From Eledone cirrhosa (taxonomy: Eukaryota), in contig OZ024757.1 of NCBI GenBank assembly GCA_964016885.1, forward strand, positions 29,202,001-29,266,000: DNA of 64,000 nucleotides. The letters run 5' to 3'. Shown here piece after piece: positions 1-16,975 of the stretch. A program made the position numbers and the translations under genes. How positions within the stretch are numbered: the stretch's first letter is position 1; each line of letters opens with the position of its first letter. The notes below the pieces were generated by a model. The model was given only the letters and a program-made list of their open reading frames with translations. It did no database searches and was not told where the DNA came from.

Positions 1-430
1 CCACTACAACTACAACAATAGCAACAATTGCAACGATATAAACCCCTACAACTATTACAATAGCATGTTAGCAACGATATAAACCTACAAATACAGTAAT
101 AGCAACGATTGTAACGATATAAACCACTACAATAAGCCACAACAATAGCAACAATTGTAACGATATAAACCACTACAACTATTACAACAGTAGCAACAAT
201 TGTAACGACTGCAACGATACAAACCACAACAACTATTACAATAATAGCAACGATTGCAACGATATAAACCACTATAACTATTACAACAGTAGCAACAATT
301 GTAACGATTGCAACGATACAAACCACAGCAACTATTACAATAATAGCAACGATTGCAACGATATAAACCACTACAACTATTACAACAGTAGCAACAATTG
401 CAACGATATAAACCACAAAAATAGCAACAA
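1..430. repeat. CAA/CTA-derived minisatellite with alternating 54/45-bp units (99-bp higher order)
   Basis: AAACCAC recurs at 167, 221, 266, 320 and 365 (spacings 54, 45, 54, 45). Confidence 0.85.
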
Positions 431-806
431 CTTAAAACTCTCACCACAATTATAGCAACAACAAAGTCCAAAACAGTAACTTCAATAATACAAACAGCAT
501 AAACTACAAAATCAGCTTCAGTACCAGCAACTAATGGATGTGACACATTGGATAATGTAGTCATATATACACTTATCCAGCCAGAAGAAGGGGCTAGCCA
601 GTCACGGCTAAAAAAATGTTTGGGGCACTGTTCCGCCGCCCAGTGAAAGTTTACATGCGGTTAAACGTGTACAGCAATAATTGGTGAGGCTATTGCAAGT
701 AAAAATGTTGCGTGGAATCAAACATGTGTGACATCTTGGTCAAATGTCTTCTACTGAAGCCTCACGTAGACCAGTGTGATGTGAGTGAAATGTAGTAGCC
801 TGTTGA

Positions 807-846
<40 letters not shown>

Positions 847-981
847 CCACACATATACATATATATCCACACACATATAAATATATACGGCTATCTTAAA
901 CTTAACCCAAAATCCCGATGTCTAAATATTAGAAACAACTTTTAAAATTAATATATATATATATATATGTAAAAGGTAAAC

Positions 982-1023
<42 letters not shown>

Positions 1024-1311
1024 TTATATATATATATATATATAAAATAGCAGGAGGCTGGACTGGTGTAATTCCTTAAAGGTTTATTATACCAACAACA
1101 CAAACGAAGACGGGTGAGTTGCATTACGTTGAGTGCTCTCCCTAATATTACATCAAGGTTGACTATACAGAATGACCAGTTCTATCCAGTGGTGAACCAA
1201 CAAACCTAAATGAATATATATATATATATATATATGTAAAAGGTAAACTGATATATATATATATACGTATTATGTGTGCGTGCGCTGTGTATGTATGGAT
1301 ATATATACTTA

Positions 1312-1374
<63 letters not shown>

Positions 1375-1375
1375 T

Positions 1376-1546
1376 CTAGGGCGGGTAAAATTCCCGAGAT
1401 CCATGGACGAGTTCTCTCCAGCGGACGCTGTCCCTCATTATCGCTGCCATGTCCTGCGTCTCCAACAGACCAGTGTCTGTCCTTATGGCATCAACATACG
1501 TTAACCTTGGTCTTCCTCTTCCAGTGTATCCATGTAGGGGCTCCCA
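1376..1546 (-). mobile_element. 3' fragment of RTE-like LINE
   Basis: Near-identical to part of 19320-19572, whose minus strand encodes a typical LINE C-terminus (GRGRPGLTYVEIL...DRDRWRELV); flanked by (TA)n. Confidence 0.7.
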
Positions 1547-2019
1547 CATATATTATGTGTGTATATGTGGATGTGTATACGTGCATGTATGTGTGTCTCC
1601 ATGTCTGTAAACGTGTTTATGACCCATAATTTAGTAGTTGTACTAACTATAAAAACAATAACTACTGAGGTCAATATCACCCACTAAATCTCTTCAAAGT
1701 TGTGCCCCAGTTTAATAACTGAAACTAGTAAAAAAAATACGACTAAAAGACTAAACAAATATGACAGTGTGATGTCTCAAGCTGCTAGTAATAGCTGCTA
1801 AACTCCCTTTAAAATTACACTTAATCAACTTTAAACAGGAAGGATCATGGAATCATGTTGGATAATGTAGACTTAGATAAGCGGAAACAGACGGAAGGGT
1901 GACGTCTGGAATGTGGTATGGTCAAAGGTTTGCTTGATTACAGATGATCTGGTGGGAGGAGGGGAGTGGAGGGTAGAGAAATAAAGTCAGTACTGGAACA
2001 CAGGCAACAAAACAAACAA

Positions 2020-2093
2020 ACACCACCACCGCTACAACCATAACAAGAACAACAACAATAACTACTTACTACTGCTACTACTATTGCTGCTGT

Positions 2094-2127
<34 letters not shown>

Positions 2128-2187
2128 GCTGCTGTTACTACTACTATTGCTGTTGCTGCTACTACTACTACCACTATTGCTGCTCTG

Positions 2188-2219
<32 letters not shown>

Positions 2220-2495
2220 GAAATATCTAGGAACAACTACATCTGCATTATAAGCTGCAGTAGCAGCAACAGTAGTAGTAGCAACAACAATAACAACAAC
2301 AACAGTAGTAGTAGTACATGAGGGCGATGATGATGGTGGTGGTGGTGATGATGGTGATGGTGGTGGTGATGTTGATGGTGGTGATGTTGATGGTGATGGT
2401 GCTGATGATGCTGGTGGTGGTGGTGATGGTGGCGATGATGATGGTGGTGATGGTGATGATGATGATGGTGGTGATGATGATGGTGGTGGTGGTGG
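2020..2495. repeat. Mixed trinucleotide low-complexity tract (CAA, CTA, GAT/GGT)
   Basis: Direct reading. Confidence 0.9.
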
Positions 2496-2691
2496 GAGTA
2501 GATAGAACGTTATGGTGAAGAAAAGCGGTAAACAAGATGGCATTTGGCGCACGGTGGTGCTACAACTGTGCATTGTGCACTGCAAACAAAGGCTTGCATT
2601 ACTTGCATGCCTTTAACTGCAGATTTATAAACACACACACACATGCACACACGCATATATATATATATATATAGGAAAGAATCTCTGAATT

Positions 2692-2739
2692 GAGAGATCA
2701 CTGCTCCGATACTATGGACATGTGGTTAGAATGTCTCAG
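2692..2739 (+). mobile_element. Short RTE-LINE fragment
   Basis: GAGATCA..GCTCCGATACTATGG..TTAGAATGTCTCAG matches 35180-35216 of the RTE relic. Confidence 0.55.
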
Positions 2740-3068
2740 TGTGTGTGTGTATGTGAGTGTGTGTGAGTGTGTGTGTGTGCGTGTGTATTTATGTGTGTGT
2801 GTGTATGTGTGTGTGTGTGCGTGTGCGTGTGCGCATGTGTGTGTGTGTGTATTTATGTGTGTGTGTGTGTATGTGTGTGTGTGTGCGTGTGTGTGCGTGT
2901 GCGTGTGCGCATGTGTGTGTGTGTATGTTTGTGTGTGTGTGTGTGAGAATGGGTAAGTGCGTGAGTAAATATTCAGACATAAATATGTGTAAATACATTC
3001 ATATATGTAAAATTTAAAATTTATTGCACGACAATTGGTCCAAAGTTTATGTGAAAGGCTGACGCTAC

Positions 3069-3126
3069 AATCACGCTGAAACACTCATGCACACATACGT
3101 CCATATATGTATGCGTTTGTATATGC

Positions 3127-3161
<35 letters not shown>

Positions 3162-3295
3162 TATACATATATATACACACACACACATATATATATATAC
3201 ATATCATATATACAAATATATATATATATATGCATATGTATACACAAACGCATACATATATGGACGTATGTGTGCATGAGTGTTACAGCGTGATT
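3069..3295. repeat. Inverted repeat (about 52-bp arms) enclosing TA/CA microsatellite; foldback or MITE-like
   Basis: AATCACGCTGAAACACTCATGCACACATACGTCCATATATGTATGCGTTTGT recurs as reverse complement with 1 mismatch, ending at 3295. Confidence 0.8.
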
Positions 3296-3367
3296 ATCTT
3301 TTTTATGTGTATATCTATGTGTTTATTTAATGATCCAAAATAGATACACACACACACACAGACAGAC

Positions 3368-3412
<45 letters not shown>

Positions 3413-3477
3413 TGCCTCAGCATGTCCTCAGGCGGATGGCTGGAACAGGTAAAGAGTAAAAGTGTATCTATGAGTGA

Positions 3478-3635
3478 GTCCCGGGTTCAATCGGGGATAA
3501 CAACAGTACATAATGTAGTCAATGCATTAGTAAAGTGTATACAACATATTTAATATAGAAATGGCTTCTACAATACTAGAACTGTTTCATTCGAAAGATA
3601 TCATCTATTCCTGTAGAAACCATTTCTATATGAAA
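3478..3635 (-). mobile_element. Family-B hammerhead-bearing PLE-like remnant (degenerate core) with short inverted tail
   Basis: Shares ATAGAAATGGCTTCTAC..CTAGAACTGTTTCATTCG and CCCGGGTTCAATCGGGG with the other family-B copies. Confidence 0.7.
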
Positions 3636-3783
3636 TTTATTAAATTTATTATATATATATATATATAAATTTATTATATATATATATATATAATATATAT
3701 ATATAATATATATATATATATATAATATATATATATATATAATATATATATATATATATAATATATATATATATATAATATAT

Positions 3784-3815
<32 letters not shown>

Positions 3816-3872
3816 ATATATATAAATATATATATAATATATATATATATATAATATATATATAATATATAT

Positions 3873-3937
<65 letters not shown>

Positions 3938-3947
3938 ATATATATAT

Positions 3948-4079
<132 letters not shown>

Positions 4080-4364
4080 TCTCTCGTCCACGATTTCACA
4101 GAACTAATATTCATTGATTTCAGGGACTTGACTATTTCTTCCTCACTTTTCGTTGCATTACCATCTTTGATTGTTTACTGTCTCGATCGTTCCCCTAATT
4201 TACGTGTCCCAACGGCTTTCTTTAGCTGTTGCTCGCTCCAACCAGAGGTATATGGTCTTTAAAACGATGAAATACCAATGACGGTTGGAAGATCACTGAT
4301 GAATGACTAAATTTATTCATATGTAACCCATTTGCAACCACGCAGCACGTCTTGTTTTCATATT

Positions 4365-4420
<56 letters not shown>

Positions 4421-4504
4421 AAAGGTAAACAGAAATAACAACACAATCGGTACAGTATATGGAAGGGATATATTAGGTTAACGCTTGATATAGCAGGAAG
4501 AGGG

Positions 4505-4540
4505 TCTTAACGTTTCGGATGCTAGTCCTTCATCAGAAGA
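4505..4540 (-). ncRNA. Minimal type I hammerhead ribozyme (PLE type)
   Basis: Minus strand UCUU-CUGAUGA-AGGACUAGCAUCC-GAAAC-GUU-AAGA; stem I UCUU/AAGA, stem II GGA/UCC, palindromic AACGUU in place of stem III. Confidence 0.75.
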
Positions 4541-4586
4541 AAGAAAGAATGAGAAATAAGATAGATTGAGGGGGCGGGCGGGTTGG

Positions 4587-4625
<39 letters not shown>

Positions 4626-4685
4626 CCAAGGCTCTGATACCATCAACACTATAAACACAGAGCTGGCATATCTAAGAACTGACTA

Positions 4686-5030
4686 ACTGCCTGATGAGGT
4701 CATAGCCATTCAATGGCTATCAAATACCGGTCGCTCTCCGACAGGTTTGCGGTCGTTCCTCTGGCAGTGGAAACTTCTGGTGTCCTCGGCCCCAGGGCTA
4801 CCTCCTTACTCACCACCATAGGCGCTGAGCTGGCCAGCCGTAGGTGTGAGCCCCGCGAGTTGGAGTGGCTTTTCCAGCGCGTCTCCCTTGCCGTCCTCCG
4901 GGGAAACGCCTTCTCCATTCAGTCCGCCGAGGCTGTGGGTGGGCCCCATCGCGTACCATTACATTAGTTAAATAACATTCTTTCATCTCATACATATAAA
5001 TAACATACATATCGAAATATATATAGCAGT
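4686..5030 (+). ncRNA. Hammerhead ribozyme split by a CRE-like LINE insertion (halves 4686-4721 and 5011-5030)
   Basis: ACUGC-CUGAUGA-GGUCAUAGCCAUUCAAUGGCUAUC|AUC-GAAA-UAUAUAUA-GCAGU; uninterrupted paralog on minus strand at 36057-36200. Confidence 0.8.
4722..5010 (+). mobile_element. 3' fragment of CRE-clade-like non-LTR retrotransposon (restriction-like endonuclease C-terminus)
   Basis: KYRSLSDRFAVVPLAVETSGVLGP...LFQRVSLAVLRGNAFSI; paralogs at 34050 and 59820. Confidence 0.8.
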
Positions 5031-5148
5031 AAATAAAGGATTATGAGTTCATGCAATTGACTTATGTTTCGTCACTATATATATAAATATATATAAATAT
5101 ATATATATATATATGTGAGAAAAACCACAGACCCTCCATCTCAACTCA

Positions 5149-5186
5149 CCTTTTGAAAAGCAGAAGAACTGCGAAACCGGTAAAGG
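5149..5186 (+). ncRNA. Degenerate minimal hammerhead
   Basis: CCUU-UUGAAAA (two changes from CUGAAGA)-GCAGAAGAACUGC-GAAAC-CG-GUA-AAGG; all three stems present, followed by AATAAA. Confidence 0.55.
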
Positions 5187-5317
5187 AACCAAATAAATAT
5201 ATATATTTTAAAAAAAAATAAGACTTCAGTTGCATTTTCGATTTCATCTCTTTTTCTTTATACTTTCACTCGTGTAGGACACCTCGGTTATTTTTCATTT
5301 TGTAAAAAAAACCTCAC

Positions 5318-5365
<48 letters not shown>

Positions 5366-6333
5366 ATATGTATATATACCTATATATATATATATACCTA
5401 TATATATATATACCTATATATATATACACACATATATATACATATACATTAGAAATTCGTAAATAACCAATACGACAAGCATTTCAGCACATTTACCCAA
5501 ATATCTGAAAAGGTTGCGCTTGGTTTAATTGTCAAAACATACATAGTAAATATTTAAGAGAAAAAAAAAATGACTATTTAAACTATCCACACACTGTATT
5601 TGCGTACGTGCTTGTATTTGCATACCCATGGCGAGTGTTTTCGCGTATGCTTGTGTATGTACGTATATGGATGCGTGTATGTATATATTTAATTTCAATT
5701 ACCTGTGTATTTTATTTACTTTATTCTTAACTCTGAAGCTGAGAATCATTCGGTTTCCTAAATAGAATTTTAGTGTACGACTTCAGTTGTCTTGGCGAGT
5801 AATTGTTCTCAACGCACCACATAATGACGTACTATGTTCGTTTTTTTCTTTCATTGCCAGAGAACGTCTCCATGAACCACCTATAGTCTACGACTTCATT
5901 TATACCATAAACGTGGTTTTGTCTTTGCGTGTAATTGTTTTCAACGCACAAGCTTCTATATCATACATATAAAAAATACTTTATCAATACAACCCCCATA
6001 ATACTCTTGATTGCCCGCTTAAAGTGCTTGTATTACATATAACACCCTGCCACACTATAATCTTATATAAATAAGACACACGTGCATGCCCCACGTGTAA
6101 CTATTTCATACACTAACTACTTCAAACTATCCTCTTGCTTTATCTTCGTAAACTGCCAATGTTGTATTTTAACTTTAATTTTGTTCTTTAATATGACTTT
6201 AATCTTTGAATGTAAATTGCCATGCTAAAATATTATAATGGATGTCAACCCACTGTGCGTCAATATATACATATGTTTCTGTATGTCTCTTGTGTTGAAA
6301 TGGAGGTCATGTATGTAAACAATCATTGAAAAA

Positions 6334-6382
6334 TTGCTCCGAAGACTGCAAACCTCGGTTTGGAAGAAACAATTGTAAGCGA
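6334..6382 (+). ncRNA. Hammerhead-like motif with one core change
   Basis: UUGCU-CCGAAGA-..CAAACC UC GGUUUG..-GAAAC-AAUU-GUA-AGCGA; palindromic stem III ACAAUUGU. Confidence 0.6.
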
Positions 6383-6424
6383 ATAAGTGGTTTAAACAGA
6401 ACTTTGATTCATGTAATTTCTATA

Positions 6425-6465
<41 letters not shown>

Positions 6466-6483
6466 ATATTATAATATAATATA

Positions 6484-6520
<37 letters not shown>

Positions 6521-6845
6521 CTATATGTAGATAAATCTACCAAGAGTTTACGGTAGTGTCCAATCCGTATGAAGAACTCAATGTATTCCGGATATCATGG
6601 AAAGAAGAGATGTAATGAAAAACCACTTTCGGTGAAAGATAAACGGTATACAGAGTCAAGATAAAATATTAAACAAATAATGAATAATCTTGATAATTTG
6701 TATAATTTTGTATAATTTTGTACATAGATCTGTTGAATATGCATACCAATTATAACACATATATATCCTAGAAACGATCGTTAAATAATGAACTTTTTTT
6801 GTTTAATATAAGGAATTGTTTATTCATTATTTGTTTAATATTTTA

Positions 6846-6895
<50 letters not shown>

Positions 6896-7216
6896 AAAGA
6901 ATAGAGGTGTAACACACAAGTTATTATATATTGGTAAACGGAATAGAATATGCTGACAAATTGTTCACAGTTGAAAAATGGTTTAATTAGGAATAAAAGA
7001 GTATTAGTGATTGTATGGGTTAGTATTCAGTTGTGGTTTTAAGTTTTTAAGTTTTTACCGGTTGCGCATTTCTAAATGCTTTTCAAAAATAATTTTGAGA
7101 TAGAGTGTCCGTGTTGTTTGCTCAGATCAGAGCAAACGACACGGACAGGTGGTGCTATTAAGTTAGACATGGCCTGGGCCAATACTGGCCAAAACATTTC
7201 AAAGTTATTCAAAGTT

Positions 7217-7289
7217 ATATATATATATATATATTTATATATTTATATATATATTTATATATATATATTTATATATATTTATATATATA

Positions 7290-7339
<50 letters not shown>

Positions 7340-7370
7340 TATATATATATTTATATATATATATATATAT

Positions 7371-7420
<50 letters not shown>

Positions 7421-7428
7421 TATATATA

Positions 7429-7515
<87 letters not shown>

Positions 7516-7529
7516 TATATATATATATT

Positions 7530-7565
<36 letters not shown>

Positions 7566-7631
7566 ATTTATATTTATATATATATATATATTTATATATA
7601 TTTATATATATATTTATATATATATATATAT

Positions 7632-7690
<59 letters not shown>

Positions 7691-7735
7691 TTATATATAT
7701 ATATATATTATATATATTTATATATATATATATAT

Positions 7736-7766
<31 letters not shown>

Positions 7767-7789
7767 ATATATATATATTTATATATATT

Positions 7790-7820
<31 letters not shown>

Positions 7821-7898
7821 ATATATATTTATATATATATTTATATATATATATATTTATATATATATTTATATATATATATATATTATATATATATT

Positions 7899-7929
<31 letters not shown>

Positions 7930-7995
7930 ATATATATTTATATATATATTTATATATATATATATTTATATATATATTTATATATATATATATAT

Positions 7996-8026
<31 letters not shown>

Positions 8027-8079
8027 ATATATATATTTATATATATATTTATATATATATATATATTTATATATATATT

Positions 8080-8128
<49 letters not shown>

Positions 8129-8173
8129 ATATTTATGTATATATATATTTATATATATATATATATTTATGTA

Positions 8174-8254
<81 letters not shown>

Positions 8255-8279
8255 GTATATTTATATATATATTTATGTA

Positions 8280-8310
<31 letters not shown>
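7217..8310. repeat. (TA)n microsatellite, about 1.1 kb
   Basis: Direct reading. Confidence 0.95.
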
Positions 8311-8313
<3 letters not shown>

Positions 8314-10096
8314 AATATAGACATAGAATATTCGAAAATATTCTGTATGTTTATAATAAACATTTTGAAGACCTAATCGCTATAGAATAGAATACGTCAC
8401 GTATTACAATTAGATTCTCGATAAAAGCAAGGGAAGTAAATCTACGCGTTTCATTCTCGTTAGAAATCGTCAGGACTACATATCCAGTGCTTTTATCGAG
8501 AATGACACAGCTAGAGACTTATAGAATACTTAGCTGTGTACAGGAACTGGTTTGAAAGAGCGGTTGCCGGTCCGGCAGAAATTAGAAATTGGAATAAATG
8601 CTCTGAAATAGCGATATATATGTGAATATAGACATAGAATATTCGAAAATATTCTGTATGTTTATAATAAACATTTTGAAGACCTAATCGCTATAGAATA
8701 GAATACGTCACGTATTACAATTAGATTCTCGATAAAAGCAAGGGAAGTAAATCTACGCGTTTCATTCTCGTTAGAAATCGTCAGGACTACATATCCAGTG
8801 CTTTTATCGAGAATGACACAGCTAGAGACTTATAGAATACTTAGCTGTGTACAGGAACTGGTTTGAAAGAGCGGTTGCCGGTCCGGCAGAAATTAGAAAT
8901 TGGAATAAATGCTCTGAAATAGCGATATATATGTGAATATAGACATAGAATATTCGAAAATATTCTGTATGTTTATAATAAACATTTTGAAGACCTAATC
9001 GCTATAGAATAGAATACGTCACGTATTACAATTAGATTCTCGATAAAAGCAAGGGAAGTAAATCTACGCGTTTCATTCTCGTTAGAAATCGTCAGGACTA
9101 CATATCCAGTGCTTTTATCGAGAATGACACAGCTAGAGACTTATAGAATACTTAGCTGTGTACAGGAACTGGTTTGAAAGAGCGGTTGCCGGTCCGGCAG
9201 AAATTAGAAATTGGAATAAATGCTCTGAAATAGCGATATATATGTGAATATAGACATAGAATATTCGAAAATATTCTGTATGTTTATAATAAACATTTTG
9301 AAGACCTAATCGCTATAGAATAGAATACGTCACGTATTACAATTAGATTCTCGATAAAAGCAAGGGAAGTAAATCTACGCGTTTCATTCTCGTTAGAAAT
9401 CGTCAGGACTACATATCCAGTGCTTTTATCGAGAATGACACAGCTAGAGACTTATAGAATACTTAGCTGTGTACAGGAACTGGTTTGAAAGAGCGGTTGC
9501 CGGTCCGGCAGAAATTAGAAATTGGAATAAATGCTCTGAAATAGCGATATATATGTGAATATAGACATAGAATATTCGAAAATATTCTGTATGTTTATAA
9601 TAAACATTTTGAAGACCTAATCGCTATAGAATAGAATACGTCACGTATTACAATTAGATTCTCGATAAAAGCAAGGGAAGTAAATCTACGCGTTTCATTC
9701 TCGTTAGAAATCGTCAGGACTACATATCCAGTGCTTTTATCGAGAATGACACAGCTAGAGACTTATAGAATACTTAGCTGTGTACAGGAACTGGTTTGAA
9801 AGAGCGGTTGCCGGTCCGGCAGAAATTAGAAATTGGAATAAATGCTCTGAAATAGCGATATATATGTGAATATAGACATAGAATATTCGAAAATATTCTG
9901 TATGTTTATAATAAACATTTTGAAGACCTAATCGCTATAGAATAGAATACGTCACGTATTACAATTAGATTCTCGATAAAAGCAAGGGAAGTAAATCTAC
10001 GCGTTTCATTCTCGTTAGAAATCGTCAGGACTACATATCCAGTGCTTTTATCGAGAATGACACAGCTAGAGACTTATAGAATACTTAGCTGTGTAC
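8311..10096 (-). mobile_element. 311-bp tandem array (about 5.7 copies), one hammerhead per monomer; non-LTR retrozyme-like
   Basis: Monomers start at 8311, 8622, 8933, 9244, 9555, 9866; minus-strand HHR at 8436-8479, 8747-8790, 9058-9101, 9369-9412, 9680-9723, 9991-10034. Confidence 0.9.
8436..8479 (-). ncRNA. Type I hammerhead ribozyme, first of six array copies
   Basis: GUAGUC-CUGACGA-UUUCUAACGAGAAU-GAAAC-GC-GUA-GAUUUAC; predicted cleavage between 8443 and 8442. Confidence 0.9.
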
Positions 10097-10111
10097 TTAT
10101 AGAATACTTAG

Positions 10112-10330
10112 CTCGATAAAAGCACTGGATATGTAGTCCTGACGATTTCTAACGAGAATGAAACGCGTAGATTTACTTCCCTTGCTTTTATCGAGAATCT
10201 AATTGTAATACGTGACGTATTCTATTCTATAGCGATTAGGTCTTCAAAATGTTTATTATAAACATACAGAATATTTTCGAATATTCTATGTCTATATTCA
10301 CATATATATCGCTATTTCAGAGCATTTATT
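10112..10330 (+). mobile_element. Inverted partial copy of the 311-bp monomer with intact hammerhead (10133-10176)
   Basis: Reverse complement of array sequence; CTGACGA 10139-10145, GAAAC 10160-10164, GTA 10167-10169. Confidence 0.9.
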
Positions 10331-14002
<3,672 letters not shown>

Positions 14003-14566
14003 TGTTTGAAGTTTTGTCTCAGATTTTGCTTATAGACCTAAGAATTTTTAAACCGAGCATGTGGTCATTTTTTTTACACATTATAGATATGTGTCTCATT
14101 CATGAATACTGGTATTTACATTATAGTGCCTAATTCATAAAAATTGATAATTCAAATGGATGAGACATAATTTATTTTTAATATATTTTAAATATATCAT
14201 CTTTCTTTCTTTTTCTCCTATACACTAATCTAACTGTATCCCTTCCCTTAACCTCTCACATATACGATGAGCATCTGTCAAAATGCAGCCTACTATGTTT
14301 TTTTTTTCACCATCAATGTATTTCTCTCTATCCTTGTCTCTCTATCTCGTTCCGTTGTTTTTCTTTACATACATCTCTTTTCTCTTTGCATACATCTCTT
14401 CATCTTCTTTTTTATTTACATACATCTCTTCACCTTCTTCTTCTCATCTTCGTTTTCTTTCTATATAACTATCATAACAGTTTCACTACCAAATCAACTT
14501 TTTTAAAAGGAAGTTGCATTCTCAAAAGGTATGTCACTAATTATTTATAAAACAGCTTATGTATTG

Positions 14567-14632
14567 TATTTTGTCTGAGGAAGGCATAACATATTTTTAA
14601 TATGATATCCCAGAAATATATATAACGAAATA
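14567..14632 (+). ncRNA. Family-C hammerhead (CUGAGGA)
   Basis: UAUUUUGU-CUGAGGA-long stem II-GAAA-UAUAUAUA-ACGAAAUA; element homologous to 45040-45260 and 61000-61210. Confidence 0.75.
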
Positions 14633-14674
14633 AATATGGTTTTATAAATATAGTTTCCATTTGTTTAATATCGT

Positions 14675-15977
<1,303 letters not shown>

Positions 15978-16177
15978 NNNNNNNNNNNNNNNNNNNNNNN
16001 NNNNNNNNNNNNNNNNNNNNNNNNNNNNNNNNNNNNNNNNNNNNNNNNNNNNNNNNNNNNNNNNNNNNNNNNNNNNNNNNNNNNNNNNNNNNNNNNNNNN
16101 NNNNNNNNNNNNNNNNNNNNNNNNNNNNNNNNNNNNNNNNNNNNNNNNNNNNNNNNNNNNNNNNNNNNNNNNNNNNN
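15978..16177. other. Assembly gap (200 N)
   Basis: Run of N. Confidence 1.
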
Positions 16178-16198
16178 TATATACACATATACATATAC

Positions 16199-16245
<47 letters not shown>

Positions 16246-16246
16246 C

Positions 16247-16295
<49 letters not shown>

Positions 16296-16975
16296 AACAC
16301 TTTAATACATGAATACACTTACATCTAACTATACACATCAAACATATATATATATTTACTTATTTATATACATTTTCACATATATATACATACTTATGGA
16401 CGTGTATATATGTGTATGTATGTATGTGTATATGGATGTGTATGTATGTGTATGTGTGTACACATGGACTAGAGTATGTATGTATATATGTGTGTGTCTA
16501 TACGTGTGTATATATAAAGATAAGTTGAGTATGAAAATGTATACACATGAGCGCGTATGTATGTACATGAATACATGTGTGTATATATATGTGTATGCAT
16601 GTGTATATATATGTAAGTATGAATATGTGAATTGTGAGTATATGTATTTTGTAGAGGTGTGCAAATATATTTGTGTGTGAATGCGTGGGTGAAAGAATAC
16701 GTACACTTGAAAGAAAAATTTAAGTCTGAATGTTAAGTGCAAACACAAAACCAACCACGCATATCTTTACTATCTCTAATCCTTCTATAGATTTAGAAAA
16801 ATAACCAATAATATATTCTATAAAAAATGTCAAAACAACAGATGGGAATCTAATTAATCACTGCCACCAAGAATTCTCACTGCTATCGAAAAACCACTCC
16901 TTCAACTATTCTTCTAACAACTTCACCCCTTCCTCCTAATATTCTCTATAAAAACTAAATAGGTCCTCAGTAATA

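Noticed and set aside
127-564. Cys-rich ORF resembling metallothionein or keratin-associated protein (also 50624-51229)
   Set aside because: Translation of minisatellites
8311-10096. CRISPR array or rDNA/snRNA cluster interpretation of the tandem repeat
   Set aside because: No variable spacers, no cas genes, eukaryotic context, and no recognisable 5S, tRNA or snRNA sequence
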